DNA of 60,677 nt, the filler included, from Sphacelaria rigidula (Eukaryota): NCBI GenBank assembly GCA_964200075.2. It is 10 parts of 10 records of this genome, joined end to end, with 100 filler letters (N's around TTAATTAATTAA, not from the genome) between each part and the next. Parts side by side here need not be neighbours in the genome. Positions count along the whole stretch, not along the records: positions 42,547 to 48,523 come from CAXNAA020023055.1; positions 48,624 to 54,600 come from CAXNAA020023056.1; positions 54,701 to 60,677 come from CAXNAA020023057.1; 7 more parts are not named here. The stretch is one strand, 5' to 3'. This document shows positions 46,720 through 59,774 of the stretch, in pieces; the first letter of the stretch is position 1, and the number at the start of each line of letters is the position of its first letter. A program made the position numbers and the translations under genes. The notes under the pieces are model-generated. The model worked only from the letters and a program-made list of their open reading frames with translations, made no database searches and was not told the origin of the DNA.

Positions 46720-47384
46720 TGGTTCGGCGAAAACCCACCGTGCTGCGTCCCGGCTTTGTGGGGATGCAAGGTCAATGATCTTACGACTATGGCATGCAGA
46801 TCGTGAATACACCCGCCCCTATCGCAGCATCACTCCTGATACCTGAGGGCTTGACCAATGGATGGTAAGGGCTGTGGTTATGCAGTCAGTATACGCCTCG
46901 GTATCACAAACACCCGTGACCACCCGCGGTCGCGTTACCCTACAAGATGCAGGATGGCATCATTTGGCCAGGGTTATCTAACGTTATGCCAAGTCAGTGC
47001 AAGCTTCACGAGGGACAACAAACGAAAACGACCAACCAGCTAAGCGTCTAATGAAGAGGGGAGGCTTTGATGCCATGCGAGTAGCTGGCTGAGCCTGCAC
47101 ATGACTGTATGTCCATTTGTTTCCTAAACGCGAATGTCAGAATCACTCTTCAGGCCATGCCTGCTATGTAGAGAAGGCATGATGACCACGGTAATCGGTT
47201 CCAATAATGGCAATATCTGGTCACTGCATATATTACACTGCTTTTCATAGTCGAAGAACCAACAACGGCGATACCTACTAACCTCTGACCATTGACATAG
47301 CTCATTTTTCAGAAGCCACCCTAGTAGGTCGCCAGGGATATGACCGTGCGGTCACAGAGTTTGGAAAAGCAACGTATGTATCCT

Positions 47385-47830
47385 CATATTCCATATCTTG
47401 GACAATAAGTGGTGCAATAGCTGCGATAGGAGAAACGTGTAGTTGTGTATGTTGTGTATCTAACCTTTTGTCTATTGCGATATGAGCCTCCCTCGAACAA
47501 CAGGTGGTGCAATAAACGGAATGGGAAAAACGTGCACTGCGTCAAGTATCGACCCCGTTGTCTATTGCGATATAAGCCCAACTTGAACAATGGGTGGTTC
47601 AATAGTCGCGATAGGAGAAACGTGTAGTTGCATACCTAACCTACTGTATACTGCGATATGAACCTTCCTTGAACAACAGGTGGTGCAGTGAACGGAATGG
47701 GGAAAACGTGCACTGCGTCAAGTATCGACCTCATTGTCTATTGCGATATAAGCTCACCTTGGACTATGGGTGGTTCAACAGTTGCAGTAGGAAAACGTGT
47801 GTAATTGCGTAAAGCATGGAGCCCATTGTC
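47385..47830. repeat. Tandem array of ~90-bp monomers (about 5) organised as ~176-bp dimers
   Basis: ggt(g/t)ca cores at 47411, 47506, 47596, 47682, 47772. Confidence 0.85.
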
Positions 47831-48623
47831 TACTGTAAAACACATATTTCCTATCGCAACTGCTGCGCCACCTTTTATTCAAGCATTCCGCCCACGCCTG
47901 ACGAAATACAACCCAACCTCTCATAGCATCCAATAATAAGATTTCTGAGATGAGGAGGTGCTGGTATCGGGATATAGCGATATCACCAGAGCGCTGAACT
48001 TTACATGTCACAAAATTACGTTACACGTCACAAGTCAAGCCAGGCTAGTGCTACGGTGGGGGACCACATGATCCTCCACCGTAGTACTAGCCTGGCCCCA
48101 CTCTTGATTTGATTTTCCTTAGGCTTTACACAGGGCTCCCGCGTGTAACAAACGTTGTGACGGGTAACGTTAATTTGTGACGTGTAACGAATATTGGTGA
48201 CGTGTAACGTTAAGTGCCCTGAGGATTACCGATAAGCGCAATGGTACGTGAAGCGCAAATGGACATGGACATGGCGAGGTGACACCGATTTCTGTAACGG
48301 ACTGATGCCGCGATAGCTTTCCCCCAGAAACGTGCCCGGTTCGAGGAGGTAAAATCTTGCTTTGAGCCAAAATGACGAAAGCTGAGCACACTGGGCAGCT
48401 GGGAACTCCTATGCTTGGGACCGGTTCGCCAATGCCGCCCATATGAGGCGCCTCATGCAGTGTGAAACCAGCTATCACATGTACAGCGATTTTCTTCGTG
48501 ACGGTCGTGGGGCTGGTTTGGGGNNNNNNNNNNNNNNNNNNNNNNNNNNNNNNNNNNNNNNNNNNNNTTAATTAATTAANNNNNNNNNNNNNNNNNNNNN
48601 NNNNNNNNNNNNNNNNNNNNNNN

Positions 48624-50334
48624 GCGGAGCCCCCGGGGCAATAACAGCATATGCCGAAGCACACTTGTCACTACCACTTTGATCGAGGCGGCGGGCGTAC
48701 ATTCTGAGTTGACGTGGTTGTCCGGGTGTTATCAGTCTATTGCCTGAATTGAGATCTACCCTGAAACCATCACGAAAACCAGTGTAGGTGTGTCCCATTT
48801 GTTGGGCCCTTGTGAGTGATAAGAGGTGATGACGGACACCATGTACATGGTTACCATCCACCAGTTTGAGGATTACATTCTGTCCGTCAGATCTAAAGGC
48901 GAGAGACAAATTTCCTCTGCCTATGATCAGGTAAGTACTACCTCCCGCGCACCGCAGTACCCTACCCTTGCACTCTCTGTACTCCGTCATCCCATGGGAA
49001 TCGTGGGAGAAATGCTGGGTAGCCCCCGCGTCAAATACCCACTGTTCGCCCTCACCCTGCTGACTATCTTCCCCCAGCTCAACACTCAATGCATATTCGC
49101 CTGTGTCGCCGTTGATGGTGGTGTCGAGAGAGGTGAAAGCCTCCATATCCGCCACCGAACAGACGGAGGAGCTGTCGCTGTCGTCGTCCGCGCCCGTCGC
49201 CATCGCCGCGTCTTCTTTCTTCGCTGTCGATCTCGGACAGTCCCAGAACGTGTGCCCCTGCTGGCTACACCTCCTGCAGTATCTCTTCGGGCAGTTCCTG
49301 GCCCGATGCGTCGTGTTCTCGTCGCAAACGTGGCAGCGGAGCAGCTGCCCAGTCGCCAGTTTGCCGTCCGATGATGCCGACCCAGAGATACTTGAACTCT
49401 GGCTCCCGCCGTTTTTCTGACCAGAGCCCTGGGATTTTCTCGGTTTTCCCTTGCCGTGAGCACCGCTCGGTTTTCCAGTCCCACCTCCGGCAAGAAGAGC
49501 CTGGTCGCCCGGGGATGACTTCTTTCCCCGGGCAAGTTCCTGTTTCAAAGATGTTGATTCGAAACACTTTCGAATCGAAGTCAACACAACCTCTCGTGTC
49601 AGCGGTCCCTCTCGATCCTCCAGGAGTTGTTTCTGGATATGATACTCGAAAGGCAACGCGTTGAGGAACTTCAAGATAATACGGTTTTCGCTTAGTCGCT
49701 CATGCTCCTCGTATGAGTTCAGGTTACGTGCAAGTTTCTCCATCTCGAGCAGCTTCTGCTCTGGATCATCACGAACACCGATCTTGACTCCATCAAACGT
49801 TTCCAACAAAGCGGTTCTCGCTTCATTTGTTTTGGGGCGAAATAAATCCTCGAGTTTTCTCCAAACCGTAGCAGGTGAGTGGATTCTAAGCAAAATATCT
49901 TGCTCTCTCCTCCCTTCTAAACTAGCTACAAGCGTTCGTCTGGCCCTCACGTTGGCCGCCACTGTGTCCTTCCCATATTTACTCTCTAGATACCCTGTTT
50001 CTATTTCAGGATTAACGACGTCTACATCGTGAGAACTATCGCCGGCCATGGTGAATAGCCAGTCAACTCCTTCGCCCCTTGCGAAGTTGACCAGTTCGTG
50101 CTTGTACCGAGCATAATCCGCGCTCTTCGCTGAACCTTTTGGGACGTTCTGTCGAAAAGCGGAAACCCTTGACACATTTCCACTCGTATCGTCAAGTTGA
50201 ATTGACTTACGTGCGGAGACAAAACCCCTACACGGATGGCCACTGGGGTCTGTAACCTCGCCATTTTGGGACCTTATCCACATTTGATAATGTCCGCGGA
50301 TTAGGTGGACAACTGAAGAGCATTCGCACAGCAT
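48624..50334 (-). CDS. Ty1/Copia Gag-protease polyprotein, 3'-truncated by the scaffold end
   Basis: Gag core (VWRKLEDLF, KFLNALPFEY), two zinc knuckles (CHVCDENTTHRARNC, CRRCSQQGHTFWDC), Copia protease WVFDAGATQH...IIGRG...HHLLSL; ~570 uninterrupted codons. Confidence 0.92.
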
Positions 50335-50526
50335 GGACAGGATCGAAACAAAGCAAGTTACAGTCTACAGGGGAGTCACCCGCCTATAGACTGGGACATG
50401 TTTTGTTTCGATCCTGTCCATGCTGTGTAAATGCTCTTCAGTTGTCTACCCAACCCGCGGACCTTGCCAAAGGTGGATAAGGTCCCAAAATGGTCACCGT
50501 ACTCCCCCCAGTGGCCACCCGTGTAG
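50228..50526. repeat. 299-bp gap-free imperfect inverted repeat (long hairpin) inside the Copia element
   Basis: ctacacggatggccactgggg..gcatggacaggatcgaaacaaa pairs with tttgtttcgatcctgtccatgc..ccccagtggccacccgtgtag; apex near 50377. Confidence 0.95.
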
Positions 50527-50857
50527 CTTCGTCACTGGTGACCCTGTTGTCCCTCGCGTCGCGCGCTCCGTCGTCTGGAACAGCTTGGCTCCCGATGTAC
50601 CGTCGCTCTCGTCGAACTCCAGCACCACGCCGTCCCGCTGTTCTATATATGTTCAATTCCCCCCGTTCACTATGAGAACCTTCACTATCGGGGACGCCGT
50701 TGCTTTCTGCGCCCCCGGCCTCTCTTACTGTGCTCATATTGTCCAAGATACTCTGTAATGTAGCTTGGCTTAGCTGCATATCACGCATGAGCTGAGCCAA
50801 GGAACTGATCTGATTACGCACCTCTCGCAACTCCTCTGTAACACTCTGCTCACCCAT
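50438..50857 (-). CDS. Upstream ORF of the Copia element (coiled-coil N-terminus, probable Gag leader)
   Basis: MGEQSVTEELREVRNQISSLAQLMRDMQL heptad pattern; same strand as gag; stop lies inside the hairpin. Confidence 0.6.
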   Translation of the reverse strand: MGEQSVTEELREVRNQISSLAQLMRDMQLSQATLQSILDNMSTVREAGGAESNGVPDSEGSHSERGELNIYRTAGRRGAGVRRERRYIGSQAVPDDGARDARDNRVTSDEATRVATGGSTVTILGPYPPLARSAGWVDN

Positions 50858-50860
50858 AAC

Positions 50861-51148
50861 TGTAGCAGGCCTATCACCCTCTTGTGCCAGTCTGCCCAAC
50901 CGGTTGTAACACTAGTGTATTCCGTGGCCCGTGGCGAAGGATAGATAGTTCTATATTATTGGAGAGTGCCTAGACTGAGGGACCAGATGTTGAGTGAGCG
51001 CTCATGGTAGCGGAGTAGCGGCCATGAGCGGGGTACTGTAGTCACGCACACTCGACTACCAGTACCCGCACGTTCGCATCAATCTATCCGCACATGTACA
51101 TGTTCACTCAGTGTACCTGTTCACATGAACAACCATGTCATCATGACA
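50861..51148 (-). mobile_element. Putative Copia 5' LTR
   Basis: Minus strand TGTCA...; ends at TTACA (50905) or at CTACA followed by a GTTATGGG PBS-like motif (50861); no second LTR available to confirm. Confidence 0.35.
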
Positions 51149-53757
51149 CGAGCTTATATGGTATACCTCCGAAGGAGGGCGGTGCTCTAGCGCACGGGAT
51201 CACACGCAAGAGGAATGCATGTTTGCGTTAGCTCTCTGATGTCCCGTGTGTAGAGTATTTGGTCGTCTTCGCCATTGCATCTTCAAACAATTTCTGTCGC
51301 GGTACCAACTGTATATTTACCACAAGATGCGCCAACCCTGGCCCGGCGGTGGGCATCGCGTGAGTACCGTCTGTACGACACCGATATACACGATCCATCC
51401 CGAACAAAAGCACGACGGCCAACGATAGAGAGCTACAGTAGCAGTGGCGGGGGTCGGCGTTGCAGTCACCATTTTTGCGCTTAGCTAGCTTTCGCCTTCT
51501 GCATCCTGCACGGCTTTGGATACGGGGCATGAGATAAGGCGGTGTCATCGCTGTCGCGGTGCGTTGTTTCATGCTCCCTGATGGCATAACCCCCGAAAAG
51601 AACTATATCGGCATAAATGCTGCTCCTAGGGTTGCTTGATGCCGTGAGGGTTTCCATACTTGTACTTTCCAGTGATCTTGATGCTGCGACGCGTTCGAAT
51701 GTCTGTTGTGCTCACAAGCGTTTTTCAATCGACAAGCGGAGGGTGCGTATTTAATACTCATGTCAAGTACACTGAGTCCTGTGGTTCACCACGAACGGAC
51801 GTTGCCATACCCCCCTGGAGCACTGGGTGTTGAAATAAGAACAAAAACCCGCGTTTTCAGGGACGAGCGCCTGGCCAAAAGAAAGCAAGTGGTTCTTAAG
51901 TGCGGGCGCCTACTGTATAGTTGGTACTTCCTTCACGAAAATCGATGCCGAGAGGTGTGCTCTGTTCGGTAGAGTCTAGAGCTATATGGTTCGAGCACCC
52001 AACGCTCAATAAAAAACGTAGAAGGCAATATCGCACAGCGTCCGCTGTCGAAGATGAAGTAACAGAAGCAGAAGTGTATTGTTGTCTTTTATTGTCCAAT
52101 TCAAATCAGACCGCCCATGGGTAGGAAGNNNNNNNNNATCTTCGTCGAGAATCTTTCTCGACCTACGGCAAATATCTCCTGTTTTATCCCGCAGAAACAT
52201 ACCGCATACCACAATATAACTCCCCGTCGTTTCCGGATCATTCGAGAACAAAAGTAAGAACAACCAACACTCTCCAGAACATTCCGAGAATCGATCTGAA
52301 CCGTCGTTCTCAGTACCATTTCTGGGAATCACCAGTACCGTTTCCCATCGGTTAACCCACCAAATGTTCCTCCGACAGTCTCGTGATAGCATCCTGGATC
52401 TCACATTTACCATGAGTGAAATCACGCGATTAACATGCCCATCCCATCCGCGGTACCGAGATATAAAGCGTGTATCAGGGGAGATAGGGGCTCATCTCTT
52501 GAGAGCACGGATTCGTCCCAAGGAAGGAGAAAGGTGGGAAATGTGACAGGACAGTGAAAAGCAGCATCGGTTGGTGCACTAACTCATGCGCAAAAGGCGT
52601 TCCTGTTCACGGCAGGTCCCGACGAGTGGTCAGTCGTCTGCCGCGCCACGCTCCCGCCTGGTTCAGGCTCGACTACATACAGTTCCTCCTCCTCCAGCTG
52701 GCATTGTACCATCGGGCGGGTGAGCAATTACTGGTTCAAGTGTCATGCACCCGCTTGAAAGTCACCATGCATTTTCCCCAACAGAACACGCTCTGACTTA
52801 CTGCACATAAATCTCTCCAGCACAAACTGCGGGCAGAGGAGAATACCTAGACAGGTGAACATCCCACTTGTGAACGCGTGGCCGATAGGATAATAGTCGG
52901 AAATTATTATTGTTGTATAATTGCGTATTTTTTTCATTCACATTTTCGCACGACCTGGGCCGGACGTGAACGGCTCTGGCACCGAATCGGAATGGTGCTT
53001 CGAGTTTTGGCATGGGGTATGCCAACGAAAAATTCAATATAGGCACTGTACCCTTTGACTTTTCTCGTTTTCCTTTGAGTTGACGGCACAAGCAATATGC
53101 AGTGTTCACACAATCGTCTTCGGCTCATGAAATTAAAATAACTCAAAGGGTACATCATGCTTTTTTTTCTTCATTTTTCCCCCGGGATACTCCGCACCAG
53201 GTTTCATAGCGCAATGGTGAAGAACTGAGACGTGAAATCCAGATTGAGTGCCTCTCAACATGATATCTTGAGTTTAGCATGAGAAGTGTGCGCGCCACAT
53301 CTCTCGAAGTATCACAAACTGCCATAATAATGCTGATCTTGGCACATATCGGGGTCTCCGCACGTGTATAACAGGGTCACGACACGGGGGTGCGTAAAAA
53401 AGCCAGAGCCGAAGGATTCCATTCGATTATTGCACAGGTATTGGCGTCATGGCACCGGGGTGTGATGAGCCCGGGAAAACCTCAACTTGGGGTGAGAGTT
53501 TGAGTACTGCAAGTTGTTCCAGGACACTGCGGTGCGACGGTCGCTGTGCTGGTATATCGCGGTTAATCATCGGGGGCTTTTCTGCTGTGTTTGTGGCACC
53601 GTACGTGGCGGTACAGCCATGAAAATGAATAAAGTAAACACGTAAAACTCCCCTGCTTCGCCGTTGTCGATTTATTTGGTACGGTGCATATCGGAGTCAT
53701 CGCATGAGTGTTTGCATTGAATCGAATAATCATATACCATGCAGGAATTCTGATCAC

Positions 53758-54563
53758 CAAATCCGCCTGTGCATCATCACAGTATATGAGAAACTGTCCT
53801 CCGGCTGCTTCCCAGGTTTGAATGCCCACAGGAAGAGCGTGGATACGCCTGACAAAATATCGAATATGGATGGATGGGCAGAAGGGGGGTGGGTGGGTGA
53901 GGGGGGGGGGCGTTATTCGAGTGATTCAGATACCCAATAATGCTGGATCTACGTAGAACAGGGGATCGGGGTGACGTACGAGTACTGACAGTCAAGTGTG
54001 TGCGAATGTGGTACAGTACGGACGACGGGGGCGCACGAGCCGCACGTACCCGTCCCTACTCTCGTCAGCTTCCCTCCTCTTCAGCACTCTCCCCAGTTAC
54101 AGTCAAACTCGCATGCTCTTCAATAAGAGATATAAAACCACTGCCCTGTGCTTGAGCCAAGGGATACACTAGTGATCAATCGACCGGGCAAGTATGGCTA
54201 GGAACGATGGTACCGTCCCGTCTTCTGAAGAAAGGACAAGAAGGCTGGCGAATTAACATGAAAACATAATAAGCCTGTCAATTTTGCGCACTGACCGATT
54301 TACTTGAAGACGTACAGTCTAAACATACTGTGCTACAGGATCGAGTACACGGCACAGAAGATCAAGGGTCCAGGCAGCATACATGAGCACTCTGCGCGTA
54401 CCGCCCAGGCGCCAGGAACGACTTGTAGCACGACAACTTGGTGGTGTTATTGAGTGTGAAATTGAACAGAAACCTCGACTGTTTCTCATGCTCCGGGATC
54501 ACACTGGCTTCGGTGTCACATTGACCAGCCAGCACTGAACCCTTAATGCTTGATGCCGAAAGA
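53758..54563 (-). CDS. Two putative exons (~54402-54563 and ~53758-53848) of an unidentified gene or pseudogene
   Basis: Acceptors ttctag and tgtcag, phase-compatible join ..FLAPGR|RIHALPVGIQTWE; no recognisable domain. Confidence 0.3.
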
Positions 54564-56904
54564 CTAGAACAAAACAAAAAACAACGCGACGAAGTGACGT
54601 NNNNNNNNNNNNNNNNNNNNNNNNNNNNNNNNNNNNNNNNNNNNTTAATTAATTAANNNNNNNNNNNNNNNNNNNNNNNNNNNNNNNNNNNNNNNNNNNN
54701 GGATGCAGCTCACCCTTCATGCGACTCGCCGAATACACCACGGCGCTTCGCGCTTGCTGGTTTGAGTGCAAGCTTGGTCCGGCGAAAACCCAAGCTTGGT
54801 CCGGCGATAACCCGGCGTGCTCCGTCCCGGCTTTGTAGGGATGCGAGGTCAATGGTCTTATGACTACGGCATGCATGACCATGAGTACACCCCTCCACCC
54901 TCCCGTATCGTAGGATGACGTCGTTACCGCCCGTTTGTTGTGCCGCCAAAAAGGAAGCAAAATTTCGACAAAACTGTAAGGGCTACTCCATCATTTCTCC
55001 AGAAGCAATTGACCATCTGGTGCAACCCTTGGCCCCGCGCCTGCTCTTCGCACAAGCAGGAGCCGCATGTGCGATGGCGCCCAACGACATGTGCGCGATG
55101 GATCGTGTATGTGTCTCTGGCCGTGTTCATGTGGCGAGAGCCGGTGGTGGACTTCGGGATCAATGACTTGGTGAAAGCTCCGAACATGGTGGAGGCTCTC
55201 GACATCGTTTGCGGCTTTGAGGATACCGTTCTTGGAAGGTGAATCGGATGTGATGGTATGCCGTACCTTGGCGTGCTCGTGGGGGAGGGGATGCACAACC
55301 ACGAGCTCAGCCGGTAGTTTAGCGTATGGGGCTTATCTGCGTTTGGTGTGCGTATGCTGCTAGACTGTTTACCAAGCACCCTCGAGCTCACCGGAGAAGG
55401 GATACAACATGAGACGCAGAACCCGTCGTTTTCGCGCAATTTTCTCGAAATGAAGCGCACGCGCTGCTTTGACGTGCCTTAGTCCCATAGCCCCGGCTAG
55501 ATGACTATATACGCATGCGTACCACAGCAAACAGAGCAAACACTTGAGATCTGCATGATTGCGGCTTTGAGACGATATGCGCGACACTATTCCAACAGCA
55601 CCTGGTGAGCTTATCACGACCACGCGAGTACGGCATTCAATGAGCTTGGCCCAATGCCTTCACCCGCCCACCCCGCTGCCGGCGATGACTGTCGCGTACT
55701 TCATGTTCAGCTATGCCCTCGCACACGCAAATACCGTTGACACATCAGCAATGAGTACATGTGCCACTTGTTCACCCGAACGTCAAAACCTGCGAAGCTA
55801 CCAGCTGTGTAGCACCAACGGTGACGTCATGCGCGTTTCCACGCTAAGAGCCACCGAGCTGGCCAACGACAGCTGCTTCAATGCTGGGACAATACAAATG
55901 TACATGTTTGGGCTAGATAGTGTACAGAATGTAGTTGCTCTCATGTTTAACCAAACGTGCTGGCTGCAGGGGACGTGTATAGTAGATGGCGGTGTCAACC
56001 ATTGGGGGTGGGGGGAGTGTGGGCGGCGTCACCGTCGGTATCCTGTTTTTCGGTCTCTCAGTGCGCTTAAATCCATGACCCCGATCACACTCCTTTCGAG
56101 TACCTGATAGTTGGATTTTCCCCCTTCTTTGTCTTGAGCTGGGATGAACATGCATGTCCTTTCACACAAGGACTCGACGTGCCGGAACAGCATGCGCCCT
56201 GCCTCGAGTAGGGAGCAGTTCAAGCAACCTGACATGTGGTGTCACATGTGCCTCGCCGCCTCTCCCACGGACAAATTCCAAGTTGCATGTATCTGATACT
56301 GATGGGTTTGCACCGCTGATTATGCCCCTCCGCTATGGGCACGCAGGTTTATGTTCGCCGAGAGGGTGGACTCATGTCTGGGCCGTGTAGACCGAGGAGA
56401 GGTTACTCTCGCAGCCATCCTACCGTGGCCGGGAGTGGACGTGGTGATTAGCGACCAGAAAGTTCGCGTGTCGGACTATGCGATTGCCGGCACCATCGCC
56501 AGAGGGAAACACGTAAGTTCGTAGGTGATACTTGCCGTGCTGTTGTGAAGTTTGAAGGAGCTGGTCCTACGCGAGACTCACGTGAATTGCTAACGTCGCA
56601 TAATCGCAGTGCAAATTTGTTTGTTGACGTGACAACCAGACGTGTCTTGCATTTTCGCTCTGGGAGACACCGGAACGTGCAGTAGCAATGCAAGCGACAA
56701 CGGGTAGCATTGAACGCGGTAGATGGCTCCGACTTCTTGGTCCGATTTGTGTGCTTCGTTTTTAAGTGCGGTCTTTCGTTGGAGCTGTTGGTGCGTTGTG
56801 CATCGAGTGATGCCGGGAGCTGCTTGCGGGATTTTCCTCAAAGGAAGGCTCCGTCACTTATCCGCGCATCATATATACGAGTTTTCAGAACCGATTGGAC
56901 ATTT

Positions 56905-58100
56905 CAAGAGCAGGTCGAGTAGAGTATGTACATCTGAGTACTCGAGGAAAATACCCGAGTACTTACTTTACTCAAGTTTTGAGTAGGTCGAGTACGGCCT
57001 CAAATACTCTACTCAAAATTCAGAAGGTTGAGTACGGCCTCAAATACTCCACTCGAATTTTGAGTAGATCAAGTACGACCTCCAATGCCCTACTCAAATA
57101 TTGAGTAAGCACTCTCAGTAATACTTGACTATGGAGTATAGCTTGGGTATGATAAGTGAGCGTGAGCGTTGGCGACTTCGTAACGTCACTTCACAGACTA
57201 TGTTGAATACATGGGCGAACGATGGCCATCAATGAGGTGGAGTGGCAGTATGTCACGGGCTACAATGAGTATGAGTGGATGATGGCGATCAAAAAACAAA
57301 AAAAGCGTTCAGGTGAATAAACCTACCTGTCCCAGCTCACCTGCTTCCACCCATGGCAGTACATACTTGTTACCTCTCAACCCCTTCGATATCACTTTCA
57401 GTACAGAGCGCTACTCATTATTGTTGAGAAATCGAGTAGACGGGTTGTCGGGTAGGTATTATCAAAATGAGAGTCTCCGCTGGCCGCACATGTGACTCCT
57501 CCATGGGGTAGTCAGCGGTGGTACATCGGGTCCGGCCTCAAACACTCTACCCAATTTTCGGGTAGATTGGGAATGACCTCAAATACTCTATGGGTACTCA
57601 AATCTTCGGTGGATCAAGTACGACCTCAAATACTCTACTCATTTGTTTTCGAGATCAAGTACGACCTCCAATGCTCCACTGGAATATTGAGTAAGCGCTC
57701 TCAGTAATGCTTGAATACAGGGTATCACTTGGGTATAACCTTAATACTCTAATCAAATTTTGAGTAGGTCGAGTACGGCCTCGAACGCTCTACTCAAATT
57801 TTGAGTAGGTTGAGTACGGCCTCCAATACGCTACTCAAATTCTGAGAAGGTTGAGTACGACCCCCAATACTCTACTCAAATATGGAGTAAGCGCTCTCAG
57901 TAGTACTTGAGTATAGAGTATCACTTGGGTATGACCTCAATACTCAAATTTCGGATAGATTGAGTATGATCTCAAATACCGTACTCAAAATTTGAGTAGG
58001 TCGAGCACGGCCTCAAGTACTCCACTCAAAGTTTAAGTACTAAAAGTATGACACTTCGAAAATACTGAGTACTGAGTATACTTTACTCGACCTGCCCTTG
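56905..58100. mobile_element. Non-autonomous TIR element with CAAG termini, imperfect 8-bp TSD and internal TACTC/GAGTA arrays
   Basis: caagagcaggtcgagtagagtat / atactttactcgacctgcccttg; flanks ggacattt / ggatatct. Confidence 0.8.
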
Positions 58101-58153
58101 GGATATCTCCTCCATCGCCGAGCAATCACCTATAGAGGGCCGGTACAAACTTT

Positions 58154-58757
58154 CAAGGTTTTGTTCTGTAGGGTACGGTTTTCTGTATACCCGGGGTATT
58201 TTGCTTGGTATTTACCGTACCCGACAGTTCTGTGACTTCCGTAAGACTTTCTTACCGGTACCCGACAGTTCTGTAATCTCTGTAAGACTTTCACACCCTT
58301 ACCCGATAGTTCTATGAGTTATGTAAGGCTCCCGTACCGTTACCGGGGGGCACGGGTACGCTCTTGATAGGACACCTGATTGCGGGTACGATTTTCTGTG
58401 CAACCTCCATACCCTACCCGACAGTTTCTGTGAGTTCTGTAAGCCCCCCATACCCTTACCCGACATTTCTGTGAGTTCTGTATAGAATGTGTACCTGTAT
58501 CCGGAGCGCGGGTATGCTCTTGACGAAATACCCAATTGCCGGTACTGTAAGCCTCCCATACCGTGCCCGACAAGTTCTGCCATTTCTGTAAGACTTTCAT
58601 CCAGTACCGTTACCCGACAGTTCTGTGAGCTCTGTAAGCTTCCCATACCCCTCCCGGGGTTAGGGTATACGGTTATAAATATACCCGACTGCAGGTATGA
58701 GCACAGGTATATACCTTGGGAAGGTACGGGTATAGGTTCAATCCAAACACGACCTCA
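58154..58757. mobile_element. Repeat-rich TIR element (ttctgtgagttctgtaag / tacccg units); second, truncated copy at 59367-59770
   Basis: Two aligned copies starting caaggt..tgtagggtacgg; right end aaacacgacct is complementary to aggtcgtgttt. Confidence 0.7.
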
Positions 58758-59774
58758 TGGCCTGAACATGTACCTCCAACCGATCAACCCACTCAACTCC
58801 TTCATTCAAAACTGCACACCAACAATAATTCAATGTTCATTTTGTTTTAGTTTGGGATCTGACGTGATACAAGATACCGCTGAGTGGAAACACGAAAGAT
58901 GAGTAGCCCTGCAGACCGTCAGGCGGATGGATCATGCACCCCCAGACTCGAGTGGTAGCTCGAGCGGGGGTGGTTCATCTGCGCCACCTGAGGATCAAGT
59001 AGCAAGACGCACATCATCGACATTGATGGTGGTTGTGTCATGATCATCAAACCCCAGGCCGTTATCGACATGAGCAGCACAGAGTATGAGCTGCCACCGA
59101 AAGTCGTCAAGGCCGTCGGCGATTTTGTCCCATGCCGAAGGACTTCCAGAGAACGGGCAGCCGTGAATGCTCCTCCATGTATTCTCTGGGAGTGTACGTG
59201 AAGCCGATAGATGTTGACGATCCCGTGCACATGAACTACTGCGATTGATCGTGTAGTCTTTCTCTATCAATCCCGTGAGGCCGCGGTCAAAGTTTTCGTG
59301 AACTATCCTATTTTTTTCGCCACTGTTGTAGTGACGTAGGTCCCACCACAGGGGTGATGATGATACCAAGGTCGTGTTTTGTAGGGTACGGTCTTCTGTC
59401 TGCCCGGGGTATTTTGTCGGGTATTCACCGTACCCGAAAATTCTGTAATCTCTGTAAGACCCTCATACCCGTTTCCTATAGTTCTATGAGTTCTGTAAGC
59501 CTCCCGTGCCGTTACCGGGGGGCACGGGTGCGCTCTTGATAAGATATCCGGTTGCGGGTGCGGTTTTTTGTGCAATCTTCATACCCTACTCTACAGTTTC
59601 TGTGAGTTCTGTAAGCCTCCCATATCCTTACTCAACAGTTCTGTGAGTTCTGTACAAAAACTTCACCCTAACCCGAGGGGCGGGTATGCGCTATAGAGTT
59701 ACCCGATTGCCGGCACCGGTTTTCTCTGAGCCTCCCATACCGCAACCGACAAGTTCTGTAATCTCCGCACACTC

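Noticed and set aside
50420..50758. + strand ORF resembling the N-terminus of the Copia polyprotein (MLCKCSSVV...)
   Set aside because: The similarity is simply the mirror image created by the inverted repeat, not a gene duplicate
52667..52719. Small + strand exon candidate (LDYIQFLLLQLALYHRA)
   Set aside because: Good splice signals but no partner exons or homology, and a competing minus-strand reading exists
58919..59369. Possible transposase C-terminal fragment between the two repeat elements
   Set aside because: No diagnostic motif could be identified
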